Position numbers and translations under genes: made by a program. Under the pieces are notes generated by a model that worked only from the letters and a program-made list of their open reading frames with translations, was not told the origin of the DNA and did no database searches. A stretch of DNA of 64,000 bases, taken from contig CALKIH010000030.1 of assembly GCA_937995335.1 (NCBI GenBank), positions 30,434 through 94,433 on the forward strand, written 5' to 3'. The DNA is from an uncultured Rhodocyclaceae bacterium (lineage in GTDB: Bacteria > Pseudomonadota > Gammaproteobacteria > Burkholderiales > Rhodocyclaceae). Shown here piece after piece: positions 35,925-56,781 of the stretch; the stretch's first letter is position 1, and each line of letters begins with the position of its first letter.

Positions 35925-37331
35925 TCAGCGCGCCTGGAGAACCTTGCCTGGGTTGAGGAGATTCTCGGGATCCAGGGCGCGTTTGAGCGCCCACATCGCG
36001 TCGACTGCGGTGTCGCCGTGTTCGGCAAGCAGGAAATCCTGCTTGCCCAAGCCGATGCCGTGCTCGCCGGTGCATGTGCCGTCCATCGACAGCGCGCGCT
36101 CGACGATGCGGCGGTTGAGCACCTCGGCGCGGGCGATTTCGTCGCGATTGCCGGGGTCGACCAGGATCAAGGTGTGAAAATTGCCGTCACCCACATGCCC
36201 CACGATGGGCGCGGTCAGTCCGGTGGCGGCGATGTCCTCGCGCGTGCCGGCGATGCAGTCGGCCAGGCGCGATATCGGGACGCAGACGTCGGTCGTGATT
36301 CCCCTGCACCCCGGGCGCAGGTTCAGGCAGGCGAAATAGGTGTCGTGGCGGGCCTGCCACAGCCGGGTGCGGTCTTCGGGATGCGTCGCCCATTCGAAGT
36401 GCCGGCCCCCGTGTTCGTTCGCGAGCGCCTGCACGGCCCGGGCCTGCTCGGCGACGCCCGGGGCGCTGCCATGAAACTCGAAGAACAGCGTCGGCGCTTC
36501 CTCGAGGCTGGTCTTGCTGTAACGATTGATCGCGGTCACGGTCAGTGCGTCCAGCAACTCGATGCGCGCCACCGGCACGCCGAGCTGAATCGTCTGGATG
36601 ACGGTATGGACCGCGCTGTCGACATCCGGAAACGCGCAGACTGCGGCCGAAACCGCTTCGGGCAGTGGGTGCAGCCGCAGGGTGAGCTCGGTAAACAGGG
36701 CCAGGGTGCCCTCGGATCCCACCAGGCAACGGGTCAGGTCGTAACCCGAAGACGATTTGCGAGCCCGCCCGCCGGTGCGCATTACCCGTCCGTTGGCCAG
36801 AACCGCTTCGAGTCCGAGCACGTTCTCGCGCATCGTGCCGTAGCGGACCGCGTTGGTGCCCGAGGCGCGCGTGGCGGCCATCCCGCCAAGGCTGGCGTCG
36901 GCGCCCGGATCGATCGGAAAGAACAACCCGGTGCCGTGCAGCGCCGCGTTCAGCTGTTTGCGGGTGACGCCCGGCTGCACGGCCACGTCCATGTCCTCCG
37001 CGTGGACCGCCACGATCGAATTCATCTCCGCGAAATCCACGCTGATGCCGCCGTGTGTCGCCAGGACATGCCCCTCGAGCGAACTGCCCACGCCGAATGC
37101 GATCACCGGTACGCGATAGGCGCGGCAACAGTCGATGATCGCCACCACTTCGGCCGTCGAACGCGGCCATACCACGGCATCGGGAAGCGCGTCCGGAAAG
37201 TGCGATTCGTCATGCCCATGATGGGCGCGGACGGCCTCCGCCAACGAGAAACGCGCTCCGAAGCGTGCTTGCATCGCGGCGGCGAAATCGGGGGGAAGCC
37301 CCGCATGTGCGGGCATGTGCGGTGTATTCAT
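35925..37331 (-). CDS. FAD-linked oxidase (GlcD / D-lactate dehydrogenase-like)
   Basis: ORF 35925..37577 runs antisense through tRNA-Tyr, so it was trimmed to ATG 37331 (MNTPHMPAH...), with GGAGAG upstream. 468 aa, with an FAD-binding PCMH-type N-terminal half. No glcE/glcF partners are present. Confidence 0.85.
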   Translation of the reverse strand: MNTPHMPAHAGLPPDFAAAMQARFGARFSLAEAVRAHHGHDESHFPDALPDAVVWPRSTAEVVAIIDCCRAYRVPVIAFGVGSSLEGHVLATHGGISVDFAEMNSIVAVHAEDMDVAVQPGVTRKQLNAALHGTGLFFPIDPGADASLGGMAATRASGTNAVRYGTMRENVLGLEAVLANGRVMRTGGRARKSSSGYDLTRCLVGSEGTLALFTELTLRLHPLPEAVSAAVCAFPDVDSAVHTVIQTIQLGVPVARIELLDALTVTAINRYSKTSLEEAPTLFFEFHGSAPGVAEQARAVQALANEHGGRHFEWATHPEDRTRLWQARHDTYFACLNLRPGCRGITTDVCVPISRLADCIAGTREDIAATGLTAPIVGHVGDGNFHTLILVDPGNRDEIARAEVLNRRIVERALSMDGTCTGEHGIGLGKQDFLLAEHGDTAVDAMWALKRALDPENLLNPGKVLQAR

Positions 37332-37423
37332 CGCAACTCTCTCCACCTTGGTTCCACTGGGCGAGGAGTATGCGCTGTTTGAATGCGCCGATACAGCGTG
37401 CTGATGAGCCGCGACTACGCTCC

Positions 37424-37475
37424 AAAAAAATATACGTCGAAGGTGTTTGACATGGCGGCGAGTGGGCCCTATACT
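37424..37475 (+). promoter_or_regulatory. Strong sigma70 promoter of the tRNA-tuf operon (UP-like A tract, TTGACA-17-TATACT, GC-rich discriminator)
   Basis: AAAAAAATATA at 37424-37434, TTGACA at 37447-37452, TATACT at 37470-37475, then GCGGCGC. tRNA-Tyr starts at 37492. Confidence 0.8.
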
Positions 37476-37491
37476 GCGGCGCTTCTCGTTT

Positions 37492-37577
<86 letters not shown>

Positions 37578-37647
37578 GCTTTGCGGGCCAGGTGCGCGGT
37601 TCGAAGTGCGCGTGGCGCGGAGTTGAATCGAGTCGACGGCGTTATAC

Positions 37648-37721
37648 GCGGGTGTAGCTCAATGGTAGAGCAGAAGCCTTCCAAGCTTATGACGAGGGTT
37701 CGATTCCCTTCACCCGCTCCA
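37648..37721 (+). tRNA. tRNA-Gly (anticodon TCC)
   Basis: 74 nt. Acceptor GCGGGTG/CACCCGC, anticodon loop CTTCCAA, T-loop GGTTCGATTCC, encoded CCA. Confidence 0.97.
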
Positions 37722-37751
37722 GGTTTGGCATTGTTTTCGTGTAGTTTCGGA

Positions 37752-37826
<75 letters not shown>

Positions 37827-37899
37827 TGCTTTCGGCAAGTCTTGCGGGGCTGCGGTGACTCGGGTCCGGATTATCTGATTCTGAATAAGAGGTGTTGAC

Positions 37900-39093
<1,194 letters not shown>

Positions 39094-39150
39094 ACGATCT
39101 TTTGATCGGCAGGCGTCCGCTTCAAGCGGACGCCTCGTAGTCTCTGCTGC

Positions 39151-39226
39151 AGGGGTATAGCTCAACTGGCAGAGCGTCGGTCTCCAAAACCGAAGGTTGG
39201 GGGTTCGATTCCCTCTGCCCCTGCCA
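39151..39226 (+). tRNA. tRNA-Trp (anticodon CCA)
   Basis: 76 nt. Acceptor AGGGGTA/TGCCCCT, anticodon loop CTCCAAA, encoded CCA. Confidence 0.97.
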
Positions 39227-39250
39227 ATTCTTTCCGGAAATCAATCTTAG

Positions 39251-39598
39251 ATGGCCGATAAGTTAAAGCTCGCGCTGGCGCTGCTCCTTCTCGGGGCGGG
39301 GATTGCCGGCTTTTATGCGTTTTCCGAGCAGGCGCAGGTGGTGCGCGTCCTGTCGGTGCTGGTCGGGTTCGGCGTTGCCGTGGGTGTGGCGGCTCAGGCC
39401 GAGGTCGGTCGGCGCTTCATCGCATTTGCGCGCGAAGCGATCAGCGAAACCAAGAAGGTCGTGTGGCCGACCCGCAAGGAGACCGTGCAGTCGACCGGGA
39501 TGGTGTTCGCCTTCGTGGTGGTCATCGCGATTTTCCTGTGGGTGACGGACAAGAGCCTCGAGTGGGTTCTGTACGATCTCGTTCTGGGGTGGAAGTAG
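39251..39598 (+). CDS. secE: Preprotein translocase subunit SecE
   Basis: 115-aa small membrane protein at the conserved position between tuf/tRNA-Trp and nusG. Confidence 0.9.
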   Translation: MADKLKLALALLLLGAGIAGFYAFSEQAQVVRVLSVLVGFGVAVGVAAQAEVGRRFIAFAREAISETKKVVWPTRKETVQSTGMVFAFVVVIAIFLWVTDKSLEWVLYDLVLGWK

Positions 39599-39600
39599 AC

Positions 39601-40134
39601 ATGACGAAGCGCTGGTATGTGGTGCACGCCTATTCAGGCTTCGAGAAGTCCGTGCAGCGTGCCTTGATCGAACGCATCAATCGTGCGGGCATGGGTGATT
39701 TCTTTGGCCAGATCCTGGTTCCGGTCGAAGAAGTGGTCGAGATGAAAAGCGGCCAGAAAAGCATCACCGAGCGGAAGTTCTTTCCGGGCTATGTGTTGGT
39801 CGAGATGGAGCTCAACGACGAAAGCTGGCACCTGGTCAAGTCGACCCCGAAAGTGACCGGGTTCGTCGGTGGTACGGCGAACAAGCCGGCGCCGATCTCG
39901 GAAAAGGAAGTCGAGAAGATTCTGCACCAGATGCAGGAGGGGGTCGAAAAGCCGCGGCCCAAGGTTCTGTGGGAAATCGGCGAAGTGGTGCGGGTCAAGG
40001 AAGGCCCGTTCACCGATTTCCATGGTGCCGTCGAAGATGTCAATTACGACAAGAGCAAGTTGCGGGTGGCGGTGACCATCTTCGGTCGCGCAACCCCGGT
40101 CGAACTGGATTTCGGTCAGGTCGAAAAAACCTGA
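39601..40134 (+). CDS. nusG: Transcription termination/antitermination factor NusG
   Basis: ORF 39463..40134 trimmed to ATG 39601 ([18 protein letters not shown]...), 177 aa. C-terminal KOW region [16 protein letters not shown]. Confidence 0.97.
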   Translation: MTKRWYVVHAYSGFEKSVQRALIERINRAGMGDFFGQILVPVEEVVEMKSGQKSITERKFFPGYVLVEMELNDESWHLVKSTPKVTGFVGGTANKPAPISEKEVEKILHQMQEGVEKPRPKVLWEIGEVVRVKEGPFTDFHGAVEDVNYDKSKLRVAVTIFGRATPVELDFGQVEKT

Positions 40135-40233
40135 CCCATGGCCCGCAAGGGCCGGATTGCGACCGCTGTTGCGGTTCGCAGAGGAGCGTCGGCGCGACCG
40201 GCGCGTTCGTACTCATAACTGGAGAGTGCCTTA

Positions 40234-40665
40234 ATGGCAAAGAAAATCATCGGCTACATCAAGCTGCAGGTGCCAGCTGGTAAAGCCAATCCGAGTCCCC
40301 CGATTGGTCCTGCGCTGGGTCAGCGCGGCCTGAACATCATGGAGTTCTGCAAGGCGTTCAACGCCCAGACTCAGGGGCTGGAGCCGGGTCTGCCGATTCC
40401 CGTGGTGATCACGGCTTTCGCGGACAAGAGCTTCACCTTCATCATGAAGACGCCGCCGGCGACCGTCCTGATCAAGAAGGCTGCGAAGGTCGCCAAGGGG
40501 TCGCCCAAGCCGCATACCGACAAGGTCGGCTCGGTCACGCGTGCTCAAGTGGAAGAGATCGCCAAGGCGAAGATGAAGGATCTCACGGCGGCGGATCTCG
40601 AAGCTGCCGTGCGTACCATTGCAGGCTCGGCGCGCAGCATGGGCATCACGGTGGAGGGCCTCTGA
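40234..40665 (+). CDS. rplK: 50S ribosomal protein L11
   Basis: [32 protein letters not shown]... Confidence 0.99.
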   Translation: MAKKIIGYIKLQVPAGKANPSPPIGPALGQRGLNIMEFCKAFNAQTQGLEPGLPIPVVITAFADKSFTFIMKTPPATVLIKKAAKVAKGSPKPHTDKVGSVTRAQVEEIAKAKMKDLTAADLEAAVRTIAGSARSMGITVEGL

Positions 40666-40667
40666 TC

Positions 40668-41372
40668 ATGGCAAAGATTTCAAAGCGTGTGGCTGCACTG
40701 CGCAGCAAGGTCGATCGCACCAAAGTCTATGCGCTCGCCGATGCGCTCGCGATCGTCAAGGATTGCGCGACCGCCAAGTTCGACGAGTCGATCGACATCT
40801 CGGTGAATCTCGGTATCGATGCGCGTAAGTCGGATCAACTCGTGCGTGGCTCGGTCGTTCTGCCCGCGGGCACCGGCAAGTCGGTGCGTGTAGCGGTGTT
40901 CGCGCAGGGCGACAAGGCAGAGGCCGCTCGTGCGGCCGGTGCCGACGTCGTCGGCTTCGAAGACCTGGCGGAGCAGGTCAAGGCGGGCAACATCGATTTC
41001 GACCTGTGTATCGCAACGCCGGACGCGATGCGCGTCGTGGGGCAGCTGGGTCAGATTCTCGGGCCGCGCGGGCTGATGCCGAACCCGAAGGTCGGTACCG
41101 TCACGATGGACGTGACCACTGCGGTCAAGAACGCGAAGGCCGGTCAGGTTCAGTATCGTACCGACAAGGGCGGCATCGTGCATGGCACGATCGGGCGCGC
41201 ATCCTTCCCGGTCGAGGCGCTGCAACAGAACTTCAGCGCTTTCGTGGAAGCCTTGGTCAAGGCCAAACCCGCCGCGTCCAAGGGCGTTTTCCTGCGCCGT
41301 ATCGCATTGTCGAGCACCATGGGTGCCGGGGTGCGCGTCGAGCCGAATAGCGGCGCCGCCGCACAGCAGTAA
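40668..41372 (+). CDS. rplA: 50S ribosomal protein L1
   Basis: [26 protein letters not shown]..., 234 aa. Confidence 0.99.
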   Translation: MAKISKRVAALRSKVDRTKVYALADALAIVKDCATAKFDESIDISVNLGIDARKSDQLVRGSVVLPAGTGKSVRVAVFAQGDKAEAARAAGADVVGFEDLAEQVKAGNIDFDLCIATPDAMRVVGQLGQILGPRGLMPNPKVGTVTMDVTTAVKNAKAGQVQYRTDKGGIVHGTIGRASFPVEALQQNFSAFVEALVKAKPAASKGVFLRRIALSSTMGAGVRVEPNSGAAAQQ

Positions 41373-41670
41373 CAGTATCGGGGCGGGCGTGCGCGCTCGC
41401 CGATGAACTTTGGGCTGCTGCGCGGCAACGCGCGGCAGGTTGTCAAAGACCGTTGGGGAGCCGTGGCCGACATGCAGAAACGTCGGCCGTCGAGGTTCTT
41501 AATCGGTGTCCCGGTCCCGGCCGGAGTGCCCAACGCAGATGGCGTTACCCGATGAAAGTGGTTGTTTTGGTATGGCAGTTCTGCATCAAAGCTACTTCTG
41601 AATGACGGTCGCCTTGGTTGTTCGCAAGCGGAATCGCCGCAAGCGAATGTTTCAACAATAGGAGATGACC
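41373..41670 (+). promoter_or_regulatory. Structured rplJL leader (expected L10(L12)4 autoregulatory leader)
   Basis: ~290-nt untranslated spacer with stems such as GGCCGAC-N10-GTCGGCC (around 41465-41490). Assignment rests on position in the conserved rplKAJL arrangement; the fold was not verified. Confidence 0.5.
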
Positions 41671-42195
41671 TTGGGTCTCAATCTTGATGACAAGAAGGCG
41701 GTAGTCGCCGAAGTCGCCGCCGAACTGGCGACGGCTCAGGTGGTGATCGTCGCTGAGTACCGTGGTCTCGAAGTCGGGCAAGTCACCGCATTGCGTGCGA
41801 AAGCGCGCGAGTCGGGCGTCTACCTGCGCGTCCTGAAAAACACGCTGGTTCGCCGTGCCGTCGCAGGCACGCCGTTCGAAGGTCTGGCAGCACAAATGGT
41901 GGGTCCGCTGATCTACGGTATTTCCGCAGATCCGGTGGCGCCGGCCAAGGTTATTGCTGAGTTTTCGAAGACCCACGACAAGCTGGTGGTCAAGGCCGGT
42001 GCAATGCACAACTACGTCATGGACGCCGAAGGCGTCAAGGCGTTGGCGAGCATGCCCAGCCGCGAGCAGCTGCTTGCAACCTTGCTCGGGACTTTGCAGG
42101 CGCCCGTCACCAAGTTCGTTCAAACGCTCAACGAAGTTCCGGGCAAGTTTGTGCGTACCGTGGCCGCGCTGCGCGACTCCAAAGAGACTGCTTAA
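41671..42195 (+). CDS. rplJ: 50S ribosomal protein L10
   Basis: The ORF-track start ATG 41665 abuts the GGAG directly. TTG 41671 has 6-nt spacing and gives (M)[14 protein letters not shown], which aligns with E. coli MALNLQDKQAIVAEV. Confidence 0.95.
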   Translation: MGLNLDDKKAVVAEVAAELATAQVVIVAEYRGLEVGQVTALRAKARESGVYLRVLKNTLVRRAVAGTPFEGLAAQMVGPLIYGISADPVAPAKVIAEFSKTHDKLVVKAGAMHNYVMDAEGVKALASMPSREQLLATLLGTLQAPVTKFVQTLNEVPGKFVRTVAALRDSKETA

Positions 42196-42247
42196 CAACA
42201 TGACCCTGCCTTCGCAGTGAAGGCATGTAACGATTCAGGAGTAGAAA

Positions 42248-42628
42248 ATGGCTGTGTCCAAAGACGAAATTCTGGAAGCAATTGGCAACATGACCGTCCT
42301 CGAGCTGTCGCAGCTCATCAAGGACATGGAAGAGAAGTTTGGTGTGTCGGCTGCCGCCGCTGTCGCCGTTGCCGCCGCCCCGGCTGCTGGCGCTGCCGCT
42401 CCGGCCGCCGAGGAAAAGACCGAGTTCGACGTGATCCTGGTTGCCGCCGGCGAGAAGAAGGTCGAGGCGATCAAGGTCGTGCGCGCTGCAACCGGTCTGG
42501 GTCTGAAGGAAGCCAAGGATCTGGTTGATGGCGCTCCGAAGCCCGTCAAGGAAGGAATCTCGAAGGCTGATGCTGAAGCCCTCAAGAAGCAGCTCGAAGA
42601 AGTCGGCGCCAAGGTCGAAGTCAAGTAA
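42248..42628 (+). CDS. rplL: 50S ribosomal protein L7/L12
   Basis: 126 aa with an Ala-rich hinge. C-terminal domain ...[40 protein letters not shown]. Confidence 0.99.
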   Translation: MAVSKDEILEAIGNMTVLELSQLIKDMEEKFGVSAAAAVAVAAAPAAGAAAPAAEEKTEFDVILVAAGEKKVEAIKVVRAATGLGLKEAKDLVDGAPKPVKEGISKADAEALKKQLEEVGAKVEVK

Positions 42629-42645
42629 GCCTTGGTTCTCTTTCG

Positions 42646-42683
42646 GGGCTGGCGCCTTTCGGGTGCCAGCCCTTTCGTGCTTT
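42646..42683 (+). terminator. rplL-rpoB attenuator hairpin
   Basis: GGGCTGGCGC pairs with GTGCCAGCCC (10 bp including one G-U) and is followed by TTTCGTGCTTT. Same position as the partial terminator known in E. coli. Confidence 0.7.
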
Positions 42684-42803
42684 CAAGATCAAAAGCCAGA
42701 ACAAAGCGGTGCAGATGCGCGCCGATCGACATGTGTTGAAGCGGCGAAAGCGCCGGCCGCTTTGTTCTGTCTCTTTGACGTCTGACCTCTAGCCGGAGTA
42801 TCC

Positions 42804-46937
<4,134 letters not shown>

Positions 46938-46980
46938 ACCGGGTTCAAAGCCCACCACGCTTACCCGGATGGAGTGACAT

Positions 46981-51210
<4,230 letters not shown>

Positions 51211-51292
51211 CTGGGGCGCAAATTTAATACTAGAATCCGGCCTCTATATGCGGGCTGACCAATCGTAGTCAGCTGCAGCCGGAATAATCCAC

Positions 51293-51327
51293 CCAAGGCG
51301 GCCCTCGGCGGCTGCCTTGGTTTATTT
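51293..51327 (+). terminator. Intrinsic terminator between rpoC and rpsL
   Basis: 11-bp stem CCAAGGCGGCC/GGCTGCCTTGG (one G-U) followed by TTTATTT. It ends 16 nt before the rpsL ATG. Confidence 0.7.
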
Positions 51328-51342
51328 GGAAATTCTCAAGCT

Positions 51343-51720
51343 ATGCCAACAATTAATCAGCTCGTCCGCAGTCCGCGGGAAAAAGTGGTCACCAAGAGCA
51401 AGGTGCCCGCGCTGGAAGCGTGCCCGCAGAAGCGTGGCGTGTGTACGCGCGTTTATACGACGACTCCGAAAAAGCCGAACTCGGCGCTGCGGAAGGTCGC
51501 CAAGGTTCGTCTCACCAACGGTTTCGAGGTCATCTCGTATATCGGCGGCGAAGGCCACAACCTGCAGGAGCACTCCGTGGTCCTGATCCGGGGTGGTCGG
51601 GTCAAGGATCTTCCGGGTGTTCGTTATCACATCGTTCGTGGCTCGCTGGATCTGCAGGGTGTCAAGGACCGCAAGCAGTCGCGCTCGAAGTACGGTGCGA
51701 AGCGCCCGAAGAAAGCCTAA
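51343..51720 (+). CDS. rpsL: 30S ribosomal protein S12
   Basis: [52 protein letters not shown]... Confidence 0.99.
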   Translation: MPTINQLVRSPREKVVTKSKVPALEACPQKRGVCTRVYTTTPKKPNSALRKVAKVRLTNGFEVISYIGGEGHNLQEHSVVLIRGGRVKDLPGVRYHIVRGSLDLQGVKDRKQSRSKYGAKRPKKA

Positions 51721-51753
51721 TCCCCGCTATCCAGAGATCAGTAAGAGGTCGTT

Positions 51754-52224
51754 ATGCCGCGTCGTCGTGAAGTACCGAAGCGTGAGATTCTGCCGGACCC
51801 GAAGTTTGGTTCGCAAGATGTCTCGAAGTTCATCAATGTGATCATGCAATCGGGCAAGAAGTCCGTTGCTGAGCGTATTGTCTATGGCGCATTCGCGCAC
51901 ATTACCACCAAGGCCGGCAAGGATCCGCTCGAGGTTTTCTCGGCGGCAGTCGGGAATGTCAAGCCGGTGGTCGAGGTGAAGAGCCGGCGGGTGGGTGGTG
52001 CGAACTACCAGGTGCCAGTCGAAGTGCGTCCGTCCCGGCGCATGGCGCTGTCGATGCGCTGGTTGCGCGAAGCGGCGCGCAAGCGCGCCGAGAAGTCGAT
52101 GGCTCAGCGCTTGGCCGGTGAGTTGCTCGAGGCGGCCGAGGGGCGTGGCTCCGCGATGAAGAAACGCGACGAGGTGCATCGCATGGCCGAGGCAAACAAG
52201 GCATTCTCGCACTACCGCTTCTGA
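51754..52224 (+). CDS. rpsG: 30S ribosomal protein S7
   Basis: [28 protein letters not shown]..., 156 aa. Confidence 0.99.
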   Translation: MPRRREVPKREILPDPKFGSQDVSKFINVIMQSGKKSVAERIVYGAFAHITTKAGKDPLEVFSAAVGNVKPVVEVKSRRVGGANYQVPVEVRPSRRMALSMRWLREAARKRAEKSMAQRLAGELLEAAEGRGSAMKKRDEVHRMAEANKAFSHYRF

Positions 52225-52245
52225 TCGTTACGGATGGCGGTAACT

Positions 52246-52275
52246 CGGGCCCTGCAAAGGGCTCGAATGTTTTCT
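52246..52275 (+). promoter_or_regulatory. Terminator-like hairpin in the rpsG-fusA spacer
   Basis: CGGGCCC-TGCAAA-GGGCTCG: a 7-bp stem with one G-U, followed by AATGTTTTCT. Confidence 0.4.
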
Positions 52276-52332
52276 GATGCATTAATTTGATTTTCCGCGC
52301 CTGACGGTGCGATCAACTGAAGGTAGATTACC

Positions 52333-54429
52333 GTGGCCCGCAAGACTCCTATCGAGCGCTACCGCAATATCGGTATTTCCGCGCATATCGACGCTGGTAA
52401 AACGACGACGACCGAGCGCATTCTTTTTTATACCGGTGTGAACCACAAGATTGGTGAAGTGCACGATGGTGCGGCCACCATGGACTGGATGGCGCAGGAG
52501 CAGGAGCGCGGAATCACGATCACGTCGGCCGCGACCACGTGTTTCTGGAAAGGCATGGAAATGGGCTATCCAGAGCACCGTTTCAACATCATCGATACTC
52601 CGGGGCACGTCGATTTCACGATCGAAGTCGAGCGCTCGATGCGGGTGCTCGATGGTGCGTGCATGGTCTATTGTGCGGTCGGTGGCGTACAGCCCCAGTC
52701 CGAGACTGTCTGGCGCCAGGCCACCAAGTACAAGGTGCCGCGCTTGGCGTTCGTGAACAAGATGGACCGTCAGGGTGCAAATTTCTTCAAGGTCGTCGAT
52801 CAGATGCGTTTGCGTCTGAAGGCGAATCCGATTCCGGTGGTCATCCCGATCGGTGCCGAAGAAAAATTCCAGGGCGTCGTCGACCTGATCAAGATGAAGG
52901 CGATCTTCTGGGACGAGGCGTCGCAGGGGATGAAGTTCGAGTATCGCGACATTCCGGCCGAGTTAGCCGAAGATGCCGCGACCTGGCGCGAGCAGATGGT
53001 CGAGGCGGCCGCCGAGGCGTCGGAAGATCTGATGAACGATTACCTCGAGAACGGTGATCTCTCGGAAGACAAGATCAAGCTCGGTCTGCGCACCCGCACC
53101 ATCGCGTGCGAGATCCAGCCGATGCTGTGCGGCACGGCATTCAAGAACAAGGGCGTGCAGCGCATGCTCGACGCCGTCATCGACTTTCTGCCTTCGCCCG
53201 TCGATATTCCGCCGGTTACCGGCGTCGATGAGGGTGAAAAAGAGATTTCGCGCAAGGCGGATGACAGTGAGAAGTTCGCGGCCCTCGCGTTCAAGCTGAT
53301 GACCGATCCGTTCGTCGGTCAGCTGACGTTCGTGCGCGTGTATTCGGGCGTGCTCAATTCCGGCGAGACGGTTCTGAACTCGGTGCGCAACAAGAAGGAG
53401 CGTATCGGTCGGATCCTGCAGATGCACGCGAACGAGCGCGCGGAAATCAAGGAAGTTCTGGCGGGAGATATCGCGGCATGTGTTGGCCTGAAGGAGGTGA
53501 CGACCGGTGAGACGCTGTGTGATCCGTCCGCGCCGATCATCCTCGAACGCATGATCTTCCCGGATCCGGTGATCCATGTGGCCGTCGAGCCGAAGACCAA
53601 GGCCGACCAGGAGAAGATGGGGATCGCGCTGGGCCGGCTTGCCGCCGAGGATCCGTCGTTCCGCGTGCGTACCGACGAGGAGTCCGGTCAGACCATCATC
53701 TCGGGTATGGGCGAATTGCACCTCGAGATCATCGTCGATCGCATGAAGCGCGAGTTCAATGTCGAAGCGAACGTGGGTGCGCCTCAGGTGGCGTATCGCG
53801 AGGCGGTTCGCAAGGCGGTGGAGCAGGAAGGCAAGTTCGTCAAGCAGTCCGGCGGTCGCGGCCAGTACGGTCATGTGTGGATCAAGCTCGAGCCGAACGA
53901 GACCGGCAAGGGTTACGAGTTCGTCGATGCGATCAAGGGGGGGGTCGTTCCGCGCGAGTACATCCCGGCGGTCGACAAGGGTTTGCAGGATACTCTCCCG
54001 AGCGGCGTGTTGGCCGGCTTCCCGGTGGTGGACGTCAAGGTCACTCTGTTCGACGGTTCGTACCACGACGTGGATTCGAACGAAAACGCGTTCAAGATGG
54101 CGGCCTCGATGGCATTCAAGGACGCGATGCGCAAGGCCAATCCCGTCCTGCTCGAACCGATGATGGCCGTCGTCGTCGAGACGCCCGAAGATTACATGGG
54201 CAACGTGATGGGCGATCTGTCCGGCCGTCGCGGCATTGTCCAGGGTATGGATGATCTTCCGGGTGGGATCAAGGAGATTCGTGCCGAAGTGCCGCTGGCG
54301 GAAATGTTCGGCTATGCGACCCAACTGCGTTCGTTGTCGCAGGGTCGCGCTACGTATTCAATGGAATTCAAGCACTACTCGGAGGCGCCCAAGAGCGTTG
54401 CCGAGGCAGTGATCAACAATCGTAAGTGA
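52333..54429 (+). CDS. fusA: Elongation factor G
   Basis: GTG start. [35 protein letters not shown]..., 698 aa. Confidence 0.99.
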   Translation: MARKTPIERYRNIGISAHIDAGKTTTTERILFYTGVNHKIGEVHDGAATMDWMAQEQERGITITSAATTCFWKGMEMGYPEHRFNIIDTPGHVDFTIEVERSMRVLDGACMVYCAVGGVQPQSETVWRQATKYKVPRLAFVNKMDRQGANFFKVVDQMRLRLKANPIPVVIPIGAEEKFQGVVDLIKMKAIFWDEASQGMKFEYRDIPAELAEDAATWREQMVEAAAEASEDLMNDYLENGDLSEDKIKLGLRTRTIACEIQPMLCGTAFKNKGVQRMLDAVIDFLPSPVDIPPVTGVDEGEKEISRKADDSEKFAALAFKLMTDPFVGQLTFVRVYSGVLNSGETVLNSVRNKKERIGRILQMHANERAEIKEVLAGDIAACVGLKEVTTGETLCDPSAPIILERMIFPDPVIHVAVEPKTKADQEKMGIALGRLAAEDPSFRVRTDEESGQTIISGMGELHLEIIVDRMKREFNVEANVGAPQVAYREAVRKAVEQEGKFVKQSGGRGQYGHVWIKLEPNETGKGYEFVDAIKGGVVPREYIPAVDKGLQDTLPSGVLAGFPVVDVKVTLFDGSYHDVDSNENAFKMAASMAFKDAMRKANPVLLEPMMAVVVETPEDYMGNVMGDLSGRRGIVQGMDDLPGGIKEIRAEVPLAEMFGYATQLRSLSQGRATYSMEFKHYSEAPKSVAEAVINNRK

Positions 54430-54455
54430 TCAAGTACTCTGGAGAGGTTTGTTAA

Positions 54456-55649
<1,194 letters not shown>

Positions 55650-55660
55650 CTGCTCTCAGT

Positions 55661-55692
55661 CCCGGTGTGCAAGCGCGCCGGGTTTGCTCTTT
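55661..55692 (+). promoter_or_regulatory. Terminator/attenuator-like hairpin between tuf and rpsJ
   Basis: CCCGGTGTG-CAAG-CGCGCCGGG: a 9-bp stem with two G-U pairs, then TTTGCTCTTT. It ends 12 nt before the rpsJ ATG. Confidence 0.5.
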
Positions 55693-55703
55693 AGGACAAA
55701 ATC

Positions 55704-56015
55704 ATGCAAAGCCAGAAGATTCGTATCCGCCTCAAGGCCTTCGATTATCGCTTGATCGACCAGTCGGCGCTTGAGATCGTCGATACCGCCAAGCGCACAG
55801 GCGCTGTCGTGCGCGGGCCGGTCCCGTTGCCGACACGTAAGGAGCGCTTCGACGTGCTGCGTTCGCCGCATGTTAACAAGTCGTCGCGCGACCAGTTCGA
55901 AATTCGCACGCATCAGCGTTTGATGGACATCATCGATCCGACCGACAAGACCGTCGACGCGTTGATGAAACTCGATCTTCCGGCGGGTGTGGACGTCGAG
56001 ATCAAGTTGCAGTAA
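55704..56015 (+). CDS. rpsJ: 30S ribosomal protein S10
   Basis: [34 protein letters not shown]... Confidence 0.99.
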   Translation: MQSQKIRIRLKAFDYRLIDQSALEIVDTAKRTGAVVRGPVPLPTRKERFDVLRSPHVNKSSRDQFEIRTHQRLMDIIDPTDKTVDALMKLDLPAGVDVEIKLQ

Positions 56016-56043
56016 AGTCTAGGGCTTGCTTCTTAGCTCTGAG

Positions 56044-56073
56044 GGCCGGTATAATCCGGCCTTTACGCTTTTT
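56044..56073 (+). promoter_or_regulatory. Hairpin GGCCGG-TATAAT-CCGGCC plus T-rich tract in the rpsJ-rplC spacer
   Basis: Direct reading. The loop is a perfect -10 hexamer, with TTGCTT 18 nt upstream (56026-56031). Confidence 0.4.
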
Positions 56074-56131
56074 GGCGTGGAAATTTTTTGATAGGGCCCG
56101 GTCAATCGCAACCGGGAATCAGGAGAAGAAA

Positions 56132-56770
56132 ATGAGTCTAGGCCTTGTTGGGCGCAAGGTTGGCATGACTCGCATCTTCGCCGAGGATGGTTTGTCCATT
56201 CCGGTGACGGTGCTTGACGTGTCCAACAACCGCGTGACCCAGATCAAGACTGCCGCGACCGACGGGTATTCCGCGGTCCAGGTTGCTTTTGGCAAGCGGC
56301 GTCCAAGTCGTGTAGGAAAGCCCCTGGCGGGACATCTCGCCAAAGCGGGGGTCGAAGCGGGTCACGTTCTGAAAGAATTCACTGTTACCGAAGACCAGCT
56401 CGCTACTGTCAAGGCGGGTGAGGTGGTGTCGGTCGAGATTTTTGCGGTCGGGCAGCGGGTCGATGTGACCGGCACGACGATCGGCAAGGGTTTCTCAGGA
56501 TCGATCAAGCGTCATCATTTTTCGTCCAATCGTGCGTCGCACGGTAACTCCATTTCGCATAATGCGCCGGGTTCGATCGGGATGGCGCAGGATCCGGGTC
56601 GCGTGTTTCCGGGTAAGCGTATGGCGGGGCATCTGGGCGCCGATACGCGGACCACGCAGGGCTTGGAAGTGGTTCGTGTCGATGTCGAGCGTCAGTTGCT
56701 GTTGGTGAAAGGTGCTGTGCCGGGCGCGAAGGGTGGCGATGTCGTCGTCCGTCCCGCTGTCAAGGGCTGA
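56132..56770 (+). CDS. rplC: 50S ribosomal protein L3
   Basis: ORF 56072..56770 trimmed to ATG 56132 ([16 protein letters not shown]...), with AGGAGA 5 nt upstream. Confidence 0.98.
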   Translation: MSLGLVGRKVGMTRIFAEDGLSIPVTVLDVSNNRVTQIKTAATDGYSAVQVAFGKRRPSRVGKPLAGHLAKAGVEAGHVLKEFTVTEDQLATVKAGEVVSVEIFAVGQRVDVTGTTIGKGFSGSIKRHHFSSNRASHGNSISHNAPGSIGMAQDPGRVFPGKRMAGHLGADTRTTQGLEVVRVDVERQLLLVKGAVPGAKGGDVVVRPAVKG

Positions 56771-56781
56771 GCGGGGGCGCA

